Shown here piece after piece: positions 10,050-20,771 of a stretch of 64,000 nucleotides of DNA; within the stretch, counting starts at the first letter, position 1, and every line of letters starts with the position of its first letter. The stretch spans positions 3,922 to 67,921 of the forward strand of contig CACLWE010000001.1 of assembly GCA_902610585.1 (NCBI GenBank), in the 5' to 3' direction. The notes under the pieces were generated by a model. The model was given only the letters and a program-made list of their open reading frames with translations, was not told the origin of the DNA and ran no database searches. The position numbers were made by a program, and so were the translations under genes. The DNA is from an uncultured Pelagibacteraceae bacterium. Lineage in GTDB: Bacteria; Pseudomonadota; Alphaproteobacteria; Pelagibacterales; AG-422-B15.

Positions 10050-11936
10050 ATGCCTAAATCAGAAAAATTAGAATTCCAAACAGAAGTCAGCCAGTTGCTG
10101 AAATTAATGATCAATTCTGTTTACTCAGAAAAAGAAGTATTTGTAAGAGAGCTTGTCTCCAATGCCTCAGACGCGTGTGATAAACTTAGATATTTGGCTA
10201 ATACTAAAGAAAAGTTAATCAAAGATGATCCAAATTTTAAAATACAGATTGCGATTGATAAAAAAAGTAATTTGATATCAATTTCCGATAACGGAATTGG
10301 TATGAATAAAAAAGATCTCGTGTCTAATCTAGGGACTATTGCTCGTTCTGGTACTGCCCATTTTTTGAAAGAATTATCTGAGTCAAAGACTAAAGACTTA
10401 TCTCTTATTGGTCAATTTGGTGTTGGTTTCTATTCCGCTTTTATGGTTGCTGCACAAACAAAAGTTATTACACGAAAAGCTGGAGAAAATAAGATATGGG
10501 TATGGACTTCTGATGGAGAAAGCAGTTTTACAATTGAGGAAACTGAAGACACGAGTCTTATTGCTTCAAATAGAGGAACAACAATTGAACTAACTTTAAC
10601 AAAGGACTCAAAAGAATATTTAGATAAAGATAGAATTCAAAATATAATTAGAAAGTATTCTGATCATATAAGTATTCCAATCTATATCAATGATGGTACT
10701 GAAAAAGAAGATGAAACCTTGGAGTCTGTCAATTCTGCATCAGCAATTTGGACAAGACCTAAAAATAAAATTTCAGCGGAGCAATACAAAGAGTTTTATA
10801 ATCATGCAGGACAAATGTTTGATGACCCCTGGATGACATCACACTACAAAGCTGAAGGTAAAATTGAGTACACAGTTTTGAATTTTATTCCATCAACAAA
10901 GCCCTTTGATTTATATGACCCCGCTAGAGAAAATAGACTAAAACTTTACGTCAAAAGAGTATTCATAACTGATAATTGTCCTGAACTTATTCCTCCCTAT
11001 CTTCGATTTCTTCGTGGCATAATTGACTCGGAAGATTTACCATTAAATATTAGTCGTGAAATGCTTCAAAATAATCCTGTTGTAACTAAAATTAGATCAT
11101 CGCTGGTTAAACGAACAATATCTGATTTAAAAAAGAAATTAGCTAAAGATAGAGAGTCATACGAAAAATTTTGGGAAAATTTTGGCCCAGTTCTTAAAGA
11201 GGGCATTTATGAGGATTTTGAAAGAAAAGATTCAATCTTAGAAATTTCATTATTTAAAAGCTCCAAGTCTAGCAAACTGATAACATTAAATGAGTACATA
11301 GAATCAATGGGAAAAAAACAAAAAGATATTTATTTTATGACAGGGGATAATTATGAAAATATAATCAATAATCCAAGCTTAGAAGGCTACAAGTCAAGAG
11401 GTATTAATGTCTTGATATTAGATGATCCTGTAGATAGTTTTTGGACATCATCAACACCTGCGTATCTTGAGAAAAATTTCAAATCAGTGACTAGGGGCGC
11501 TGATGATCTTGAAAAAATTGATGGTGAAAAAAAAGACAGTAAGGAAAAAAAGTCTACAGAACCTCTCATAAATTTATTAAAAGAAAAATTAAAAGATAAA
11601 GTAAAAGATGTCAGAATTTCATCAAGACTTACTGACAGTGCGGTATGCTTAGTCAGTGATGAAGGAGCAATGGACCCTCAACTTGAAAAAATTCTTCAAC
11701 AGCATAATCAACTCAATCAAGGTTTATCGTTAAAGGTTATGGAAATAAATCCAAATCACAAACTTATAAAAAAGCTATCTAAAATGAGCAAAGATAAGAA
11801 CAAGATTGGAGAAGTAGAAAATATTTCTATTTTGTTATATGAACAATCAAAAATTCTTGATGGTGAAAAACCTTCAGATCCAATTGAGTTTTCAAAAAAA
11901 TTGATAAATACAATTTATAGTGCAATTGAAAATTAG
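10050..11936 (+). CDS. htpG: Molecular chaperone HtpG (Hsp90)
   Basis: 'FQTEV..LL.LMINSVYS', 'RELVSNASDA', 'IGQFGVGFYS', 'LNISREMLQ'; start placed at MPKSEK (ATG 10050). Confidence 0.98.
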   Translation: MPKSEKLEFQTEVSQLLKLMINSVYSEKEVFVRELVSNASDACDKLRYLANTKEKLIKDDPNFKIQIAIDKKSNLISISDNGIGMNKKDLVSNLGTIARSGTAHFLKELSESKTKDLSLIGQFGVGFYSAFMVAAQTKVITRKAGENKIWVWTSDGESSFTIEETEDTSLIASNRGTTIELTLTKDSKEYLDKDRIQNIIRKYSDHISIPIYINDGTEKEDETLESVNSASAIWTRPKNKISAEQYKEFYNHAGQMFDDPWMTSHYKAEGKIEYTVLNFIPSTKPFDLYDPARENRLKLYVKRVFITDNCPELIPPYLRFLRGIIDSEDLPLNISREMLQNNPVVTKIRSSLVKRTISDLKKKLAKDRESYEKFWENFGPVLKEGIYEDFERKDSILEISLFKSSKSSKLITLNEYIESMGKKQKDIYFMTGDNYENIINNPSLEGYKSRGINVLILDDPVDSFWTSSTPAYLEKNFKSVTRGADDLEKIDGEKKDSKEKKSTEPLINLLKEKLKDKVKDVRISSRLTDSAVCLVSDEGAMDPQLEKILQQHNQLNQGLSLKVMEINPNHKLIKKLSKMSKDKNKIGEVENISILLYEQSKILDGEKPSDPIEFSKKLINTIYSAIEN

Positions 11937-12004
11937 ATCTGAAATTAGTACTATTTTAATTTTTATTTTGAAGTATAATTTATAGTCAAACAAAAGGAAA
12001 AAGT

Positions 12005-12634
12005 ATGTTTAAAAATATTATTATCTCTCTATCTTTACTGTTAATGTCACTTTCATTCAGTAATGCCACAGAACTTAACGAACAAGTTTTTTATAATGGC
12101 GAAATAAAAAATGCTTATAATCAAAATGATCTTCCTGTATTACCAGGTAATTGGAAAGTATATGATTTAGAAAAATCTGGTAGTGTTCCATCAGGAAATT
12201 TCTACGTTTATGCAACTTTAGTTCCTGAGGATGTTGGCCCTACCGACAATGCATTTAATTTTGATGGAATTAATTATGCGGTCTTGGGATCAAAATCTGA
12301 AGAGACTTCATATAGAAAATCATTCTATGCTTGTGATGCAGGATGGATTACTGATGCTGATGTGACAACCTCAAATATTGATTCCAGAGGCTCTGGAAAT
12401 TTTGAAGAAACATGCTCAGTAATCGGAGAAATTAACCCTTTTTATACTTTTTTTTATACAGATTGTGACGAAATCTGTGTCGAAGTAAATTTTACATTGC
12501 ATAGACAAAACTACAGTATAAGCGAAGGAGATTTTGCATCAGCATCTGATCAAATTTTTAAAGCAATTAGAAATACTGTAAATGGTCAGGGGTCAAGTGA
12601 CCTTAGTCAAATTCTATCAAATTATAAATCCTAA
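12005..12634 (+). CDS. Hypothetical exported protein (signal peptide, 4 Cys)
   Basis: AAGGAA SD, signal-peptide-like N-terminus, no family recognised. Confidence 0.75.
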   Translation: MFKNIIISLSLLLMSLSFSNATELNEQVFYNGEIKNAYNQNDLPVLPGNWKVYDLEKSGSVPSGNFYVYATLVPEDVGPTDNAFNFDGINYAVLGSKSEETSYRKSFYACDAGWITDADVTTSNIDSRGSGNFEETCSVIGEINPFYTFFYTDCDEICVEVNFTLHRQNYSISEGDFASASDQIFKAIRNTVNGQGSSDLSQILSNYKS

Positions 12635-12640
12635 TTGGAT

Positions 12641-15322
12641 TTAAGAATTTACTAATTCTTTTAAAACATATTGTAGAATGCCACCGCTGTTGAGATATTC
12701 TACTTCTGTAGATGTATTTACTAATAGTTTTATCTCAGTGGTTATATTTTTACCGTTTTTATAGACTATCATTGCATTATAAAAAGATTGAGGTTTTAAA
12801 TTATTTTTGATACCACTTATTGTTATTTTTTCTGGGCCTTCTAATTTTAGAGATTTTCTATTCTCACCATCTTTGAATACAAAAGGAAGTACGCCCATTC
12901 CGATTAAGTTAGATCTATGTATTCTTTCATAAGATTCAGCAATTACCGCTTTAACACCAAGCAAATTTGTTCCTTTTGCTGCCCAGTCTCTTGATGAGCC
13001 CATTCCATAATCTTTTCCCGCAATGACAACTAATGGTGTTTTTGATTTATTGTATTTCATTGAGGCGTCATAAATTGACATTTGTTTTTTAGATGGATAA
13101 TGAATGGTATAACCACCTTCAATGTTATCTAACATTTCATTTTTTATTCTAATATTTGCAAAAGTACCCCTCATCATTATCTCATGATTTCCTCTTCTGG
13201 CACCAAACGAGTTAAAATCAATTTTTTTAATTTTCTTTAATTTAAGATAATCACCCGCAGGACTATCTTCCTTAATGGCTCCAGCAGGGCTGATGTGGTC
13301 TGTTGTTACAGAATCACCAAATATTCCAAGAATATTCGCACCTTTAATGTCAGAGATACTATTTAATTCTGAATTTTTAAAAAATGGTGGATGTTGTACG
13401 TAGGTGGATTTTTTATTCCATTTATATGTTAAACCACTTGGAGATTTTACTGTATTCCATTTCTTGTCACCTTTAAAAACATTTTTGTAACGTTGCTTAT
13501 ATAAATTTGAATTAATAATTTTATTCATTACCATTTTTATCTCTTTTGACTTTGGCCAAATATCTTTAAGATAAACAGGTTGGTTGTTTTTTCCATAACC
13601 TATTGGATCCTTTGTTAAGTTAATCTTAGTTGAACCGGCCAGGGCGTAGGCAACAACAAGAGGAGGTGATGCGAGGTAATTAGCCTTTACGAAAGGATTA
13701 ATTCTACCTTCGAAATTTCTATTACCCGATAAAACACCACTTACAATTAAGTCATTTTTTGTAATAGCGTCAGAAATATTCTCATCGAGTGGGCCAGAAT
13801 TTCCAATACAAGTTGTACAACCAAAGCCTACCAAATTAAAACCAAGTTTATCAAGATGTTCTTGTAGTCCTGATTTCATTAAGTAATCAGTCACTACTTT
13901 TGATCCCGGGGCTAAAGATGTTTTTACCCAAGGCTTGCTTTTAAGCCCCATCTTAATTGCTTTTTGCGCGAGAATTCCAGCCCCAATCATTACACTTGGA
14001 TTGGAAGTATTAGTACAACTTGTGATAGCCGCAATAGCGACATGTCCATTGTCAATTTGAAATTTTTCATTTTTAACACTTATGGGGTTGTCAATTTGCT
14101 TTTTACCAAATTCTTTTTCAAAAGATTTTATAAATGTATCGGATACATTTGATAATAAAATTTTGTCTTGTGGTCGTTTTGGTCCAGCTAAACTTGGTTC
14201 GATACTAGATAAATCTAATTTCATAGTTTCCGTGTAAACTCTTTTGCTTTTTTTGTAGTCTTCCCATAAATCTTGAACCTTCGCATATTTTTCGACAAGT
14301 TTGATTTCTTCAGAGGACCTACCGCTAACTTTTAAAAATTTAATTGTTTCTTCATCAATCGGAAAAAAACCACATGTTGCACCATATTCAGGTGCCATAT
14401 TTGAAATTGTTGCCCTATCAGGAACCGATAATTCTTTAAGACCAGCACCATAAAATTCTACAAACTTTCCTACAACCCCTTTTTGTCTTAGTTGTTCAGT
14501 GATTGTTAAAACCAGATCTGTGGCTGTAATACCTTCCTTTATTTTTCCTTTTATCTCAAATCCTATAACTTCTGGAACGACCATTGAAATTGGCTGGCCT
14601 AACATCGCAGCCTCAGCCTCTATTCCGCCTACTCCCCATCCAAGCACAGATAAACCATTTATCATAGTCGTATGGCTGTCTGTTCCAACCACAGTGTCTG
14701 GATAAGCTAAATTCAAATTTCTATTTTTAATTTTTTTCTTCTCAGACCAAACAGTCTTGGCAAGATATTCCAGATTTACCTGGTGGCAAATACCTGTACC
14801 AGGTGGTACAACACGAAAGTTGTTGAAGGATTTTTGCCCCCATCTCAAGAATTCATATCTTTCAATGTTTCTTTTATATTCTAAATCTACATTTGCTTTG
14901 TAGGAAGTTGCTGAGCCGTACTTATCAACCATCACGGAGTGATCTATCACCAGATCAACTGGCGATAAAGGATTTACTTTTTTAGGGTCTCCTTTCTCAC
15001 TCATAATTGCAGACCTCATAGATGCAAGGTCAACAACAGCTGGTACACCTGTAAAATCCTGCATTAAGACTCTTGCAGGTCTAAAATTGATTTCTCTATT
15101 GATTTTTTTATCAGTTTTCCAGTTATCAAAATCTTTGATGTCATCTACACTGACAGTAGTGCCATCCTCGTTTCTTATGAGATTCTCCAAGAGTACTTTT
15201 ATTGAAAATGGCAATGAAGAGATGTTTTTAAGACCATTTTTTTCAGCAGCTTTGAAGCTGAAATAGGTGTAGGTTTTTTTTCCTATTTTTAGTGTTTTTT
15301 TTGTCTTAAAGCTGTCGTACAT
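12641..15322 (-). CDS. acnA: Aconitate hydratase A
   Basis: 'RVLMQDFTGVP', 'IDHSV', 'GTDSHT', 'TSCTNTSNP', 'GCTTCIGNSG', 'GSSRDWAAKG'. Confidence 0.98.
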   Translation of the reverse strand: MYDSFKTKKTLKIGKKTYTYFSFKAAEKNGLKNISSLPFSIKVLLENLIRNEDGTTVSVDDIKDFDNWKTDKKINREINFRPARVLMQDFTGVPAVVDLASMRSAIMSEKGDPKKVNPLSPVDLVIDHSVMVDKYGSATSYKANVDLEYKRNIERYEFLRWGQKSFNNFRVVPPGTGICHQVNLEYLAKTVWSEKKKIKNRNLNLAYPDTVVGTDSHTTMINGLSVLGWGVGGIEAEAAMLGQPISMVVPEVIGFEIKGKIKEGITATDLVLTITEQLRQKGVVGKFVEFYGAGLKELSVPDRATISNMAPEYGATCGFFPIDEETIKFLKVSGRSSEEIKLVEKYAKVQDLWEDYKKSKRVYTETMKLDLSSIEPSLAGPKRPQDKILLSNVSDTFIKSFEKEFGKKQIDNPISVKNEKFQIDNGHVAIAAITSCTNTSNPSVMIGAGILAQKAIKMGLKSKPWVKTSLAPGSKVVTDYLMKSGLQEHLDKLGFNLVGFGCTTCIGNSGPLDENISDAITKNDLIVSGVLSGNRNFEGRINPFVKANYLASPPLVVAYALAGSTKINLTKDPIGYGKNNQPVYLKDIWPKSKEIKMVMNKIINSNLYKQRYKNVFKGDKKWNTVKSPSGLTYKWNKKSTYVQHPPFFKNSELNSISDIKGANILGIFGDSVTTDHISPAGAIKEDSPAGDYLKLKKIKKIDFNSFGARRGNHEIMMRGTFANIRIKNEMLDNIEGGYTIHYPSKKQMSIYDASMKYNKSKTPLVVIAGKDYGMGSSRDWAAKGTNLLGVKAVIAESYERIHRSNLIGMGVLPFVFKDGENRKSLKLEGPEKITISGIKNNLKPQSFYNAMIVYKNGKNITTEIKLLVNTSTEVEYLNSGGILQYVLKELVNS

Positions 15323-15381
15323 AGAGGTTTACTGCTGCTATATTTAGACTAATTTAACAAGCTATCAACATAAAGTTTATA

Positions 15382-15981
15382 ATGAACGAACTAAAAATTG
15401 AGGATTTGAGCTGTAAAAGAGGAGAAAGCAAAGTTCTCAATAATATTAATCTTACTATTAAGTCTGGTGAAACATTGGTTGTAAAAGGACGAAATGGTTC
15501 TGGTAAAACTACCCTCTTAAGAATTTTATCCAATTTTATCACATCCTATCAGGGCAAGGTATCATTGAATGATCTGAGTATACTTGAGGACAATTTATAT
15601 AATAATAAATTTAACCTCATTGGCCAAAAGAACTCTCTTAAAGATAATCTTTCAATAAAAAAAAATTTAGAGCTATGGGATATTATCTTTAATGAAACTC
15701 TTGATCATGTAAAACTACTGGAACACGATAATCTGGATCATTTAATTAATAGAGATGTTGGCTCATTAAGTGATGGTCAAAAAAAATGTATTTCTCTTTA
15801 CAGACTAAACTATAATAAATATGAATTTTGGTTTTTAGATGAACCGTTTGTTTATCTTGATGAAGTCAACACAAACTTACTAATAGAAAAAATTAATCGG
15901 TTTAACGAAAATATGGGAATAGTTATACTTACTTCCAATATTAACTTACCAAAAAAATTTCATAAGGAATTTAATATCTAA
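15382..15981 (+). CDS. ccmA: Heme ABC exporter ATP-binding subunit
   Basis: Walker A 'GRNGSGKTT', 'LSDGQ', Walker B 'WFLDEP'; first gene of the ccm cluster. Confidence 0.85.
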   Translation: MNELKIEDLSCKRGESKVLNNINLTIKSGETLVVKGRNGSGKTTLLRILSNFITSYQGKVSLNDLSILEDNLYNNKFNLIGQKNSLKDNLSIKKNLELWDIIFNETLDHVKLLEHDNLDHLINRDVGSLSDGQKKCISLYRLNYNKYEFWFLDEPFVYLDEVNTNLLIEKINRFNENMGIVILTSNINLPKKFHKEFNI

Positions 15982-15982
15982 T

Positions 15983-16606
15983 ATGTTAAACTTAATTAAA
16001 AGGGATCTATTATTATCGTTTTATTCAAGTGCTAATTTCTTTTTTACAGTATCTTTCTTTGTACTAATTTTAATATTAATTCCATTTGCCATTGGTACTC
16101 AAAGTGATCAGCTTAAAAATTTGTTTAAAGGTGTAGTTTGGATTGCACTAGCTTTATCAATCATAATTACAGTTGATAGAATTTATAACGCTGATTATGA
16201 AGATGGTAATTTAGATATTATTATGCAGAAAAATAAGACGATAGAGTATTTAGTAATCAGCAAATATGTTACCCATTGGTTTATTTACTGCCTTCCACTC
16301 TTAGTAATCCTACCAATACTTAGTTTTCTATTTTATTTGGATTATTTAGAGACTATACAAATATTTATAAACTTATTCATAGGTTCATTTGGCATGGTTT
16401 TTATTGCGAATTTTGTTAGCGCACTAACGCTCGGTGCCAAAAGAACAATTTTTTTGAAAGCAATTATAATGATACCGCTATTCGTGCCTTTTATTATTTT
16501 TGGCTCTGATGCTGGTTCTTGGCCAATTCTATTGGGATTATCAATGCTTTCTTTTGTTATCTCTATATATGTAACCGCTTATGGTCTGCGTCTTTATGGA
16601 GAGTAG
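15983..16606 (+). CDS. ccmB: Heme exporter permease
   Basis: Multi-TM protein with 'ADYEDGNLD' and 'HW'; between ccmA and ccmC. Confidence 0.9.
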   Translation: MLNLIKRDLLLSFYSSANFFFTVSFFVLILILIPFAIGTQSDQLKNLFKGVVWIALALSIIITVDRIYNADYEDGNLDIIMQKNKTIEYLVISKYVTHWFIYCLPLLVILPILSFLFYLDYLETIQIFINLFIGSFGMVFIANFVSALTLGAKRTIFLKAIIMIPLFVPFIIFGSDAGSWPILLGLSMLSFVISIYVTAYGLRLYGE

Positions 16607-16640
16607 GCAATGCCTCAAGTCGTTATATATATAATAGAAA

Positions 16641-17342
16641 ATGTATATCAAAATTAATAATAATCATATTGAGCTTATCAAGTCTGCAAATCCATACTTA
16701 ATTTTTGCGACAATTTTTGTATTTATTATAGGTTTATACTATTCACTTTTTCAGTCTCCTCCAGATTATATTCAAGGAGACTCGATGAGAATTATGTATA
16801 TTCATGTTCCTTCTGCTTGGTTTGCACTTATGACTTACTCAATTTTAGCTGGTTCATGCGTTCTTTGGTTTATAACCCGAAACCCCCTTTTTAATGTTGT
16901 TGCAAGATCAATTGCTCAAGTAGGAATGGTGTTTACTTTAATGTCATTGATAACCGGAAGTATATGGGGCAAGCCTACATGGGGTGTATGGTGGGTATGG
17001 GACGCAAGACTAACTTCTATGTTAATATTATTTTTTCTTTACATCGCTTATATCTTTCTTTGGCAGGCTATATCAAATAAGGAGCTTGCTTCAAAAATAT
17101 CAGCAGCACTAGCAATAATAGGTTTTATCAATATACCAATAATTAAATTTTCAGTTGATTGGTGGAATACTTTGCATCAACCTGCTTCGATTTCAAAACT
17201 TTCTACACCAAGTATTGATATAAGTATGCTCATTCCATTATTTATAATGACAATTGCTTGTTTTTTATTTCTAGTAACAGTATCACTGATTAGATTCAGA
17301 CTCGTCTTAATTGAAAATAAAATGTTAAGGACAAGCAATTAA
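16641..17342 (+). CDS. ccmC: Heme exporter protein C
   Basis: 'IMYIHVP', 'WGKPTWGVWWVWDARLT', 'WWNTLHQ'. Confidence 0.97.
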   Translation: MYIKINNNHIELIKSANPYLIFATIFVFIIGLYYSLFQSPPDYIQGDSMRIMYIHVPSAWFALMTYSILAGSCVLWFITRNPLFNVVARSIAQVGMVFTLMSLITGSIWGKPTWGVWWVWDARLTSMLILFFLYIAYIFLWQAISNKELASKISAALAIIGFINIPIIKFSVDWWNTLHQPASISKLSTPSIDISMLIPLFIMTIACFLFLVTVSLIRFRLVLIENKMLRTSN

Positions 17343-17497
17343 TGAATGAATTATTAGATATGGGTGGATACGCAATCTTTGTTTGGTCTTCATACGGTAT
17401 TTTTTTCTTTTCCTTAGTAATATTTTTTTTAATCAATATGTTAAATTTAAGGAAATACGAAAAAATTTTTAATAAAACAAAAAAGAAAATTGACTAG
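17342..17497 (+). CDS. ccmD: Heme exporter protein D (51 aa; not in ORF track)
   Basis: Read by hand: MNELLDMGGYAIFVWSSYGIFFFSLVIFFLINMLNLRKYEKIFNKTKKKID; MGGYxxFVWxSYG, one TM helix and a basic tail, between ccmC and ccmE. Confidence 0.92.
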   Translation: MNELLDMGGYAIFVWSSYGIFFFSLVIFFLINMLNLRKYEKIFNKTKKKID

Positions 17498-17927
17498 TTT
17501 AGTAAAAAGCAGATTAATTAAATTCCTCTTAAGTTTAATTATTGTTTTGATTGCAGTTTTGATAATTATTTTTAACTTAAGGGATAACATAATTTATTTT
17601 TATGGCCCAACCGAACTTTTAAAAAATTCTGATAAACAAGGTCAAATAATGAGGTTGGGTGGCCTTGTATCTGTAGACTCCGTTCAAAACGAAACTGACA
17701 GTATCTTTTATTTCAGTATTACTGATGGTGATAACGAAATTGAAGTAAAATATGAGGGTATTCTGCCAAATTTATTTGCTGAGGATAAGGGAGTAGTAGT
17801 TGAGGGGGTTTATATGAATGATGGTAGGTTTATTGCAAATAAAGTCTTAGCTAAGCATGACGAAAACTACATGCCTCCTGAAGTCATAGAAACACTTAAA
17901 AAATCTGGCAAATGGCAAGGCGAATGA
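17490..17927 (+). CDS. ccmE: Cytochrome c maturation heme chaperone
   Basis: 'RLGGLV', 'GILPNLF', 'LAKHDENYMP'; TTG start. Confidence 0.96.
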   Translation: MTSLVKSRLIKFLLSLIIVLIAVLIIIFNLRDNIIYFYGPTELLKNSDKQGQIMRLGGLVSVDSVQNETDSIFYFSITDGDNEIEVKYEGILPNLFAEDKGVVVEGVYMNDGRFIANKVLAKHDENYMPPEVIETLKKSGKWQGE

Positions 17928-19825
17928 GTTTATACATTTTTTACATTTCAAATTTCTTGCTACTTCTTTGTCTAACTGCATCACTAATGCAGTCTAGTAA
18001 AATTATAAATAATAAAATATTCACTAGACCTGGTGTTATGGTGTTGGCCTCCGTACAGTTAATTTCAATACTGCTATCATTTTTGATACTAATTTATCTT
18101 TTTCTTATTTCAGATTTTAATTTTGATTTAGTTTATTTCAATTCTCACTCGGAAAAGCCACTTATATATAAATTCTCAGGTGTTTGGGGAAATCATGAGG
18201 GAAGTATGCTTTTATGGATATTAATTTTGGTGTTATTTAATTTTTTATTTGCTCTCTCGAAAAGAATTTCTGAAAGACTCAAAGATATCACAGTTGCTGT
18301 ACAGAGTATTATGATCTTTGGATTTGTGGCATTTTTATTTTTTTTATCAAATCCATTTGTATTAAATCAAAACAATTTTTTTGATGGTATTGGACTGAAC
18401 CCTATCTTACAGGATCCACTCTTAGCAATACATCCACCTGTTTTGTATGTAGGTTATGTTGGTTTTTCTCTGGTATTTAGCTTAGCAATTGCAGGGTTAA
18501 TTACAAAAGAAGTTGACCAACAATGGGCTTCAATAGTTAAACCATGGGTCTTTTCTGCCTGGGCATTTCTTACGGCAGGAATAGCCTTAGGTTCATTTTG
18601 GGCATATTATGAACTTGGCTGGGGTGGCTATTGGTTTTGGGATCCAGTTGAAAATGCATCGCTAATGCCGTGGATAGCCGCAACTGCGTTAATTCACTGC
18701 GTGTTGATGCTTCAGAAAAGAAATGTAATGCAATCCTGGACTATTATTTTAGCCATACTTACATTTTCATTGAGTTTAGTTGGAACATTTCTTGTTCGGT
18801 CTGGGATCCTAAACTCAGTTCATACCTTTGCTAGTGATCCTGGAAGAGGTTTATTTATTTTATTATTTATTTTTCTTATACTTGCCTTTTCTTTTAGCTT
18901 ATTTGCTTACAATTCTGAAAAAATTAATAAGACAAGTAGTATGGGTTTGATCAGCAGAGGTACTGGCATACAAGTAAATAACTGGCTTTTGATAACCATA
19001 TTAACAATTGTTTTTTTGGGAACCATGTATCCTCTTGCAACGGATTTATTACTTAATAAGAGCTTAACTGTTGGACCAAAATATTATTCAACGACTATTG
19101 CCCCCATCATAATACTTTTCCTCTTTTTTATGTTTATTTCTCCACGTTTAGGATGGAATGACACAAAACTCTATAAAATAATAATTCAATTGCGATATCT
19201 CATCATTACATCATTAACTATAACATTGATAGTCAGTCTATATTTTGAACTATTTAATTTGACTGAAATCTTAATTATCTTTTTTAGTTTACTTTTAATT
19301 ATTTCTTCTATGACAGCTAGTATAAACTTTAATAAGCAAAATATTTTAGTAAGAACCAACTTAGGCCAAAATCTTGCACACGCTGGATTCGGTATCTTGA
19401 TGATGGCAGTTGTGAGTAATGCTGTGTATTCTGAGGAGAGAATTTATGACGCTAAAGTTGGAGATAATTTACAATTGCAAAAATATATTTTTAGTTTTGA
19501 TAAAATAGAGCAAGTTGAGGAAAGCAATTATAATTCACTAAAAGCATATTTTCAGATGAAAAAAGATGGTAAGTTAATAGATACATTCACTCCGGAAATC
19601 AGATTTTATTCAAACCCACCTACAATTACTTCAGAAGCAAGTATTTTGCATAAGTTTTTTTCTGATATTTACCTTGTCATGAATGTTCCTCAAGATCAGC
19701 AGTCAATAAGTGTCAGAATGCATATCAAACCTTTCATGACAATACTTTGGTTAGGTACCTTAATGATAATCATTGGTGGGATTGTATCTGCTTCTATAAG
19801 AATCGGACGTTTCGATGAAAAGTAG
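17924..19825 (+). CDS. ccmF: Heme lyase CcmF
   Basis: 'WGNHEGS', 'IHPP', 'WAYYELGWGGYWFWDPVEN', 'SVHTFA'; start placed at the ATGA overlap with the ccmE stop. Confidence 0.97.
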   Translation: MSLYIFYISNFLLLLCLTASLMQSSKIINNKIFTRPGVMVLASVQLISILLSFLILIYLFLISDFNFDLVYFNSHSEKPLIYKFSGVWGNHEGSMLLWILILVLFNFLFALSKRISERLKDITVAVQSIMIFGFVAFLFFLSNPFVLNQNNFFDGIGLNPILQDPLLAIHPPVLYVGYVGFSLVFSLAIAGLITKEVDQQWASIVKPWVFSAWAFLTAGIALGSFWAYYELGWGGYWFWDPVENASLMPWIAATALIHCVLMLQKRNVMQSWTIILAILTFSLSLVGTFLVRSGILNSVHTFASDPGRGLFILLFIFLILAFSFSLFAYNSEKINKTSSMGLISRGTGIQVNNWLLITILTIVFLGTMYPLATDLLLNKSLTVGPKYYSTTIAPIIILFLFFMFISPRLGWNDTKLYKIIIQLRYLIITSLTITLIVSLYFELFNLTEILIIFFSLLLIISSMTASINFNKQNILVRTNLGQNLAHAGFGILMMAVVSNAVYSEERIYDAKVGDNLQLQKYIFSFDKIEQVEESNYNSLKAYFQMKKDGKLIDTFTPEIRFYSNPPTITSEASILHKFFSDIYLVMNVPQDQQSISVRMHIKPFMTILWLGTLMIIIGGIVSASIRIGRFDEK

Positions 19826-20339
19826 CCATTTAAAATTTTTACCTTTAGTCTTAATAATATTATTAAGTATATTCTTATTTTTTTCTTTAAATAATGACAC
19901 ATCAAAACTTTCAAGTCCTCTTGTTGGAAAAAAAGTACCAGAATTTTCATTGCCAAACCTTTTTGGAAAGAAAGAGCTTACAAATTTAGACTTAAATAGT
20001 GAAAATCCAATTTTATTAAATGTTTGGTCTTCTTGGTGTATACCGTGTCGAGCAGAACACGACATATTAATGGTTTTGTCAGAACTGTATGAAGTAGAAA
20101 TATTCGGTTTGAATTATAAAGATAATAATGAAGAAGCAAAAAATTTCATAAATAATCTTGGAAATCCATTTGTCAAAATTGGCTCAGATAATTCAGGAAG
20201 AACCTCTATTGATTTGGGAGTTTACGGAGTTCCTGAGACTTATATTATTGCCAACGGTATAATTATTTATAAACATATTGGCCCAATTCATATGAACGAG
20301 ATGGAAGAGAAAATTCTTCCAATAATTAGGGGTAATTGA
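19815..20339 (+). CDS. ccmG: Thiol:disulfide interchange protein CcmG/DsbE
   Basis: 'WSSWCIPCRAEH', 'GLNYKD', 'GVYGVPETY'. Confidence 0.96.
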   Translation: MKSSHLKFLPLVLIILLSIFLFFSLNNDTSKLSSPLVGKKVPEFSLPNLFGKKELTNLDLNSENPILLNVWSSWCIPCRAEHDILMVLSELYEVEIFGLNYKDNNEEAKNFINNLGNPFVKIGSDNSGRTSIDLGVYGVPETYIIANGIIIYKHIGPIHMNEMEEKILPIIRGN

Positions 20340-20342
20340 AGT

Positions 20343-20699
20343 ATGATAAGGATAATTAAAATATTTTTACTCCTTTTTTTGCTACAAAATAATGCTATCG
20401 CCGAAGATTCTAGGGCAATTGAGCTTTTTAAAGAGGTAAGGTGTCTTGTGTGCCAGGGCCAAACAATACACGAGTCTAATGCTGAATTAGCAGAGGATTT
20501 AAAAAAACTTATTCGTGAAAAAATTAGTCAAGGTGAGACCGATCAGCAAATTAAAGAATATTTAGTAGAACGATATGGCGATTGGATTTTGATGACACCG
20601 CCGTTTAACAGCCTAACTTATATATTATGGTCTCTTCCATTCCTTATAATGATAATTGGAGCTATTGCAATTTATAGACAAAAAAGAAGCCATGCCTAA
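20343..20699 (+). CDS. ccmH: Cytochrome c biogenesis protein CcmH
   Basis: 'VRCLVCQGQ', 'LVERYGDWIL', C-terminal TM helix. Confidence 0.95.
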   Translation: MIRIIKIFLLLFLLQNNAIAEDSRAIELFKEVRCLVCQGQTIHESNAELAEDLKKLIREKISQGETDQQIKEYLVERYGDWILMTPPFNSLTYILWSLPFLIMIIGAIAIYRQKRSHA

Positions 20700-20771
20700 T
20701 TTTTGACAATTTGTAGATATCTTTTAAACAATTTGAAATTTTATATTATAGTGCAATTAAAAGAGGTGTTT

